A stretch of DNA of 64,000 nucleotides. Origin: Amoebidium appalachense. Lineage: Eukaryota; Protista; Ichthyosporea. Under the pieces are notes generated by a model. That model had not been told where the DNA came from. It was given only the letters and a program-made list of their open reading frames with translations, and did not search any database. Both the position numbers and the translations under genes were made by a program. This document shows positions 57,764 through 64,000 of the stretch, piece after piece; position 1 is the first letter of the stretch; every line of letters begins with the position of its first letter. Location of the stretch: the NCBI GenBank assembly GCA_963693365.1, contig CAVNZM010000003.1, forward strand, positions 13,796,914 to 13,860,913, written 5' to 3'.

Positions 57764-58594
57764 TCAAATCCCTAGGAGGCTAAATGCAGCACAGACCCTG
57801 TAGTGCCCCAGTGCACGTGCGCAGTAAACCATCTGGTTCTTCGCACGTCCACGTTTTGTGCGCCAAAGGCTGATGGAAAATCCTCCACAGTTCTGTTTAA
57901 AAAAAAAAAAAGAAAGGCGGTGAGGATGTGTGTGTGTGTGTGTGTGCGTGTGCTTGCGCGTGCCTGCGTACGTGCGTAAATGTGTATTATGTAAATATGT
58001 AATATGTAAATATGTAAATATGTATTTGTGGGGGGAGGGGGGGGGGGGGGGGGGGGGAAGGGGGGGGGGGGGGGAGGGCAATATGAGTCAAAGGAAACGA
58101 CGGAGGCAGATAGGCTTTAGGAGGGGGAGGGGGGGGGGGGGGGGGGGGGAATAGTGGAGAGGGAGAAGGGGAGAGGAAGCCTTGAAAAAGAAAAAGGGGA
58201 GGAACGTGAAAATTTTGAAAAGAAGGCGAGTCAGGGAGCCACAGATTGTGTTAGGTGTGCTCAATAAGAGTGAACGGAGAGAGGGGGGGGGGTAATTTCT
58301 CGAAGGACTAAAGAAGTCACGGCGGCGGGCAAATTCAGTTTATTTTTTGTTTAGTTTTCTTTTTTTCTTCTCCCCCCCCCCCCCCCTTTTTTCTTGTTTT
58401 TTTCCTCTTCTTTTATTCATAATATGTAAAAATAGGGAATATTGGGGCGAAGGGGGGCGGGGGAAGAATTTTCGTAAACGTACTATGAATGTCTACCTTT
58501 TAAGTTTATGTTTATTTTCGTGTATTTATTCATTTTTTATTTTTTATTTTATTTTTTTTGCCTGGGGGCGAGGGGGGAGAGGAGGGAGGAGGAA

Positions 58595-58629
<35 letters not shown>

Positions 58630-59343
58630 GGTTGGCCATGGTTTTGGGTTTTTGTAAACAAACCACGGATTCACGGTGTGCACGTGAGGAATAGCGATAT
58701 GCCGAGTTGTTGTATCGGGTGGCTATGTCGTCAACCGTCAGCCCGTGGTGGGATGTCTCCCTCTGTGTACAAGTTTTTTGTTATGCAAAAGGTATTTATT
58801 TTTCCTCCTTCCCACTCTCTCCACCCTCCCCCCCTTCCTTCTCGCCTCTCCTTCCGGTGCGCACCGCACCCCCCACTCCCCCCCCCCCCTCCCCCCCCCC
58901 CCCCCCCCCCCCCGTGCGGCTCTTGCCCTCCCCTCACCGTGGACAAGCACTACAAAATGATGTGGTGATAAAAGAGAACCGTGTTTTTACTCTGTACTCT
59001 GCTTGCAGCTCTCCCTCTCTCTCTACCCCCCTCCCCCCCCCCCCCCCCCCCCCCCCCCCAAACCACCACCACCACCACTACCTCCCCCCTACCCGCCCCC
59101 CTCCCCTCCCCTCTCAACCCCTCAGGCTGACTTACTCCCGTCTTCACTTCTTCCCATCTTCCTGAACCTCCTTCTTTGGCCCCTCTCACTCACTCATTCC
59201 GTGTCTGTGTTTCCCCCCCTCTTTTTTATCCAACCGCCCTTTTGTTCCTTTTTCCGGCAAAGTAAACCACCTTCATACGTGCTCGTTGTATTTAACTTTA
59301 CACACACACAGTTGTTGCCCGGCCATTTATTTTCCACTCAAAG

Positions 59344-59391
<48 letters not shown>

Positions 59392-59702
59392 ACACACACG
59401 TTCACAGTCGTACACATATCCACATATATAAACACACAAGTCCACACCATATGCATGTACACACTCGCAAGCATGTATGCAGACGTAAGCATGCACACAC
59501 ACACACACACGCACGCGCATGCGCACACGCACAGACACACACACACAGACACAGACAGATACACAAACGTGCGTACACACACACAGAGAGAGAGAGATAC
59601 AGACACACCGACACATACACCACCCACCCACACACACACACGCACACACACACGCACGCGCGCGCAGAGACACACACACACACACACACACACAGATACA
59701 CA

Positions 59703-59763
<61 letters not shown>

Positions 59764-60466
59764 CACACACACACACGCACACGAACACACGCACACACGC
59801 ACACACGCACACACGCGCACACGCACACACAAACACACACACACACACACACCTCGCTTCCCATCAGACTCTCATCCACTCCCCAGATACGAACGTGTGA
59901 GTGTGCCCTTTTAAGGGAGGCCTCGTGTCTTGCAATGGAATCGACAACGACACCTGTGTGCAAACGGTGATAAAAATTAATCGTTGGTGTCTGTGCTAAG
60001 ATACGTTTTAAAATCGCACTAGAAGGTGACACTAAAAAAATGCAAGCAGTAGTGCTAAATAAAGTTTCAAAAATATAAACTTACACTAGAAAGCGATTGA
60101 CTCAATGAAAAAGAATTGCTAGGATACTGTACATTTTAAATCACATTAGAATATGACTTCCCCAATGCAAAAAATATTGCAAGAAAAAATTCGACATTCC
60201 TTGCTTTTGTCTGGTTTCCTATGCTTTTTTTGTGTGTGAGAGGATAGGGTGGAGAGAGACGACGTTTTGTAATCTCGCCATACCTAAACAAAACATAATG
60301 AAAAACGGGCTTGGAAAAAAAACAACAAAATTGAAAAGAGACGGGGGGGGGGGGGGGGGGGGGGGGTAGTAAACAAAAGAGAACGAAGGAACGTATATCT
60401 GTTAAATGAACTTGGGCAGGAAAAGGAAATATGAGAGCATCTAAAGGGGGAGAGAAGGGGGAGGAG

Positions 60467-60500
<34 letters not shown>

Positions 60501-61726
60501 GGAAGGGCGCATATGGAATAGTGGACACGGAAAAAAGTGAGTGTAGAGAAAGTGAGCACAGGCAATATGTACCCTGAGCATGGGCTACGGTTGCGTTGTG
60601 GACCACATCCTCTACAGCTCCAATGGCAACGAGACATAGCTCCTTGGGTGGGTTTAGTGACGTCAGTCAAAGAATGCTCCGGAATACTCGCAAGATTTCC
60701 CTTACATGGTAATCACATACCTATAAAAGGATATCACCATATGTTTCTGTTCAGGCAAGGCCATTGACACAAAATGACGTCATTTTGCGTCATAATACAT
60801 GATGGCTACATAGACCTTACGATCTCCACTTGTATTGCGCGTACACGTGACACTGTTTGTACACACTACACACACAATATGAGCACCCGGACGCACGTGT
60901 AAATACACACACACACACAAATTTTTCTTCCTCCCGTCCTCCCTTCCCCCTCCCCGTCCTCCCTCCCCCCTCCCTCCTGCCTCCCCCCTTCCTTCCCCGC
61001 TCTTCCTTCCCCGTCTCGCCCTCTCTTCCTCCTTCCCTCCCCACTCCCCTCACCCTGCTCCTCCTCCACCCCCTTTCCCCTCCCTCCCCCCCTCCTTCCC
61101 TCCCTCCCTCCCTCCCTCCCTCCCCCCGCCCCCGCCCCCCCACCTCCCTCCGCTCTTCCCCCAGTCCAAACTCACATATATGCATGAATGCATGAATGCA
61201 TGAATTCACAAAAACATTATGCCAGAAAGCTCTGGTTATCCCTACACCATTTTTATTAAATACTAGTTCTCCATTAAAAATCTTTATGCCATGTAAGCAA
61301 ATCCAGAGAAATACGAAAGTCCCCTTAATTGCATTCACTGGTCATAGCTATTACGTTTGCTCTGCCAGTTTACCTTAACTTTGTGACACATCTGTAAAGA
61401 TTTCCACGGATAAATACTATATGTGATTCCGGAATGCGAATGGGGATTTACCGTGTATCTCTCCTGTGTGCAGATGTCCTTCATTATGTATCTTGTTTCC
61501 TGGCCTGAACACCTTGGTGGTCCCCTCTCTGTGGAAAAAGACTTTTAACAGTCTCAAATATCATTACAGATAACTACAACACATCGTGACATGCAAAATG
61601 GGTGGAAAGTTCGAGTGTTTCAAAGTCGAAGCTTGTCCATTTTTTTTCTCTTTTAAATACACACCAAATTAAACAGCTGGGTTAACGCACGCACGCACAC
61701 ACGCACAAAGGCACACAGGCACACAG

Positions 61727-61760
<34 letters not shown>

Positions 61761-61931
61761 CACTGTAAGAGTGCACTTACCTGACAACGTCAAATTTCCC
61801 TGAAAAATGGTTGTGGCTTCCTCTGAGATGACCAATGTGGGGGGTGCCTGGGGTTCCGATACTGTTGCCACAAGAAGGCCCGGACACAACGAAAGAAGAG
61901 AAAAAACACAAACAAAGGTCCATACGCTCAT
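57764..61931 (-). CDS. Paralog B: secreted divergent C-type-lectin-like protein
   Basis: Exons 61931-61781 ([22 protein letters not shown] signal peptide), 61528-61452 ([18 protein letters not shown]), 60642-60573 ([23 protein letters not shown]), 59953-59853 (..[17 protein letters not shown]), 58762-58664, 57892-57764 ([25 protein letters not shown]). Intron positions and phases match paralog A. Confidence 0.8.
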
Positions 61932-62492
61932 TGTGGCGCCGGTTGGTTTCACTTTGCAACGTGTGCTCGGGCGAAGTCGAGCATGAAAAAAAAAAAAAAG
62001 AAAGGTGAAAGTAGAAGACAGGGGACCATACGTATACGGCTGCACTGTGTACCTACTTAAGCATAATGTGTATGTTTTGTCGTACTAGGAGTGATTTTGT
62101 GAAGTTTTCTCTGCAAAAAGTTCCTATAACTATGAACACTGTACAAACAGTAGTGTGACACGATCATCTTTATGTAGTATTTATGATCTCGTTTGTGTCA
62201 TCTAGTAACTAATATTAGCGACCAATACAGTTTAGTCTCGTGTCGGTGTACATGTGGTAATGTCACAGCCCATTTTCCCCACGAAATATTTTTTCCCTTC
62301 ACGTTCAAGCAGTTTCATGGGGTTACCGTACCTCAGGCTGTCACCCTTAGAATTTTCACTCGATCGATGACATGTTCTAGCTATGTAGAGCTCGAGATCG
62401 TGCGCAGCATACGTATGGCACGCAGTACAAGCAGCCCCCCCCCCCCCCCGCGGGCGTATACTATCTTCTATTGTGTCAGTGTCTTTCTTCTA

Positions 62493-62526
<34 letters not shown>

Positions 62527-62649
62527 CCGGCCTCCCCCCCCCCCCCCCCCCCCCCCCCCCCTCAAAGTTTCGGATAAGGGGGGGGGGGGGGGGGGGGCTT
62601 CCTCGTTCTCTCTCTCTCTCTTCTTTTCGGGGAAAGACCTAATGGAAGG

Positions 62650-62697
<48 letters not shown>

Positions 62698-63406
62698 GTT
62701 GGTGGTCTGGGTTCAATGAGCAAAACACATCCACGAACTGACACCATCACACACGGACAGTAATTCATGAGTACATATACTTTTAATTCATATTTACTTG
62801 AATTGCACATCCAATGAAAACCCCAAATTAAATTTTAATGGTTGTCAAATGCTTATCCGCCCACAATAATTAACAGTTATAACCTTTCACTTGAAGATTT
62901 TTCCAATGTATATTCCGTACTACCATGGAATTAATTAGTGAGTAAACATTCGCAAACACTCCAACACTTATCATTATCCTAGAAGAAAGAACCGCCATCT
63001 AATAACAATCATTGACAAAGCATCCATCCCTGAGTATGACTAAAAATGAAAAAGGTTCTAGGAAATAGAAGCCCAAACCACAGGGTTATCCCAATGTTCA
63101 AGATTCAAGGACTGCAAACCCCCCCCCCCCAAAAAAAAAAAAGGCATGCCCTTTCTCCACGACCACTACCATCAACATAAAGAAACAAAAACAAAACAAA
63201 ACAAACAAACGCACAAAAAAAAAAAACTAACTAGCAAACAAAAAGACAAACAACAACAACAAAAAACCCCCGAAACAAAAATACCAATTATTATTAACGT
63301 CATCTAGGGGGGCACGAGAAACCAACCACCTGTGCAAACTGCAATTCCCTTATATGGCTACTTTGATATAATCTTATCATAATGCTGTAAATTCTAAAAA
63401 ATTACT

Positions 63407-63780
63407 TTAAGCCGTAGATTTGACCGATCCCCACTCGATCTTAGCCTGCTCATCCAATAAATCATCGTTCCCGCTCTCCACCAATCGCCTGTGCAATTCC
63501 CTTATATGGTTATCCAGCTCCCCAACCTCCCCCTCCAATTCCCTATTCGCCTCGCCCCACCTCTCTATATCCCTCGTTAAAGTTTCCCTCTTTAGCTTTA
63601 ACTCTTGTTCCTTTAACAAGGCGCTTTCTTCGTGCAAAACCGCGTTCATTTCTTCCATACGAGTCACCAACTCCTTAAGTTCGGATATTTCCAAATTTTC
63701 CGAAACTTCGTGGGGAATTCCGAGTTGTTCCGCTTTGGAACGGAGGGATTGTAGCTCGGTGGTCTCTTCCTGGCTGTGCA
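63407..63780 (-). CDS. Terminal exon of a coiled-coil protein (gene continues beyond the window)
   Basis: Pyrimidine-rich acceptor ttgtttgcag at ~63781, then an E/L/K-rich heptad-like sequence (ELKELVTRMEEMNAVLHEESALLKEQELKLKRE) to the stop at 63407. Confidence 0.75.
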
Positions 63781-63912
63781 CTGCAAACAAAACAAAAAAA
63801 AAAGGAAAACAGAAAACAGCGAAACAGATACATAGACAGAGACAAATACAGGGGGAAGGGGAAGGGGAAGGGGGTTTGGTTGGGGTTGGGGTGATGGTGG
63901 TGGCGTGTGTGT

Positions 63913-63965
<53 letters not shown>

Positions 63966-64000
63966 GGTGGAGGAGAGAGGGGTGAGGGGGTGTATGGGGG

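Overview
Eukaryotic genomic DNA with spliceosomal GT-AG introns that are saturated with poly-G/C, (CA/TG)n and (GA/TC)n tracts, so most entries in the ORF track are microsatellite artefacts. All genes I can support lie on the minus strand. The window is dominated by one ~39 kb gene (47556->8174) of about 45 exons and roughly 2,900 aa, which I spliced by hand. It encodes a receptor tyrosine kinase with an architecture I do not recognise from animal RTK families: signal peptide, C-type lectin-like domain, 20 TSP1 repeats, Ser/Thr/Gln/Pro mucin-like stalk, 2 more TSP1 repeats, ~8 furin/TNFR-like Cys-rich modules, SEA-like domain with a GSVV motif, TM helix, intact tyrosine kinase, and a tail with five [D/N]xLxGYD[LMIV]VG motifs. 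Upstream is a tandem pair of paralogous genes with matching intron positions that encode divergent C-type-lectin-like proteins, one apparently secreted and one apparently membrane-anchored. Also present are a single-exon helical-repeat protein gene (4972->4184), the last exon of a coiled-coil protein at the right edge, a possible decayed gene at the left edge, a MITE-like element and several local duplications. A unicellular holozoan (ichthyosporean, choanoflagellate or filasterean) is a plausible source, but that is inference only. Exon boundaries are hand-read; two junctions (around 28.0-28.9 kb and 16.0-16.2 kb) are uncertain.
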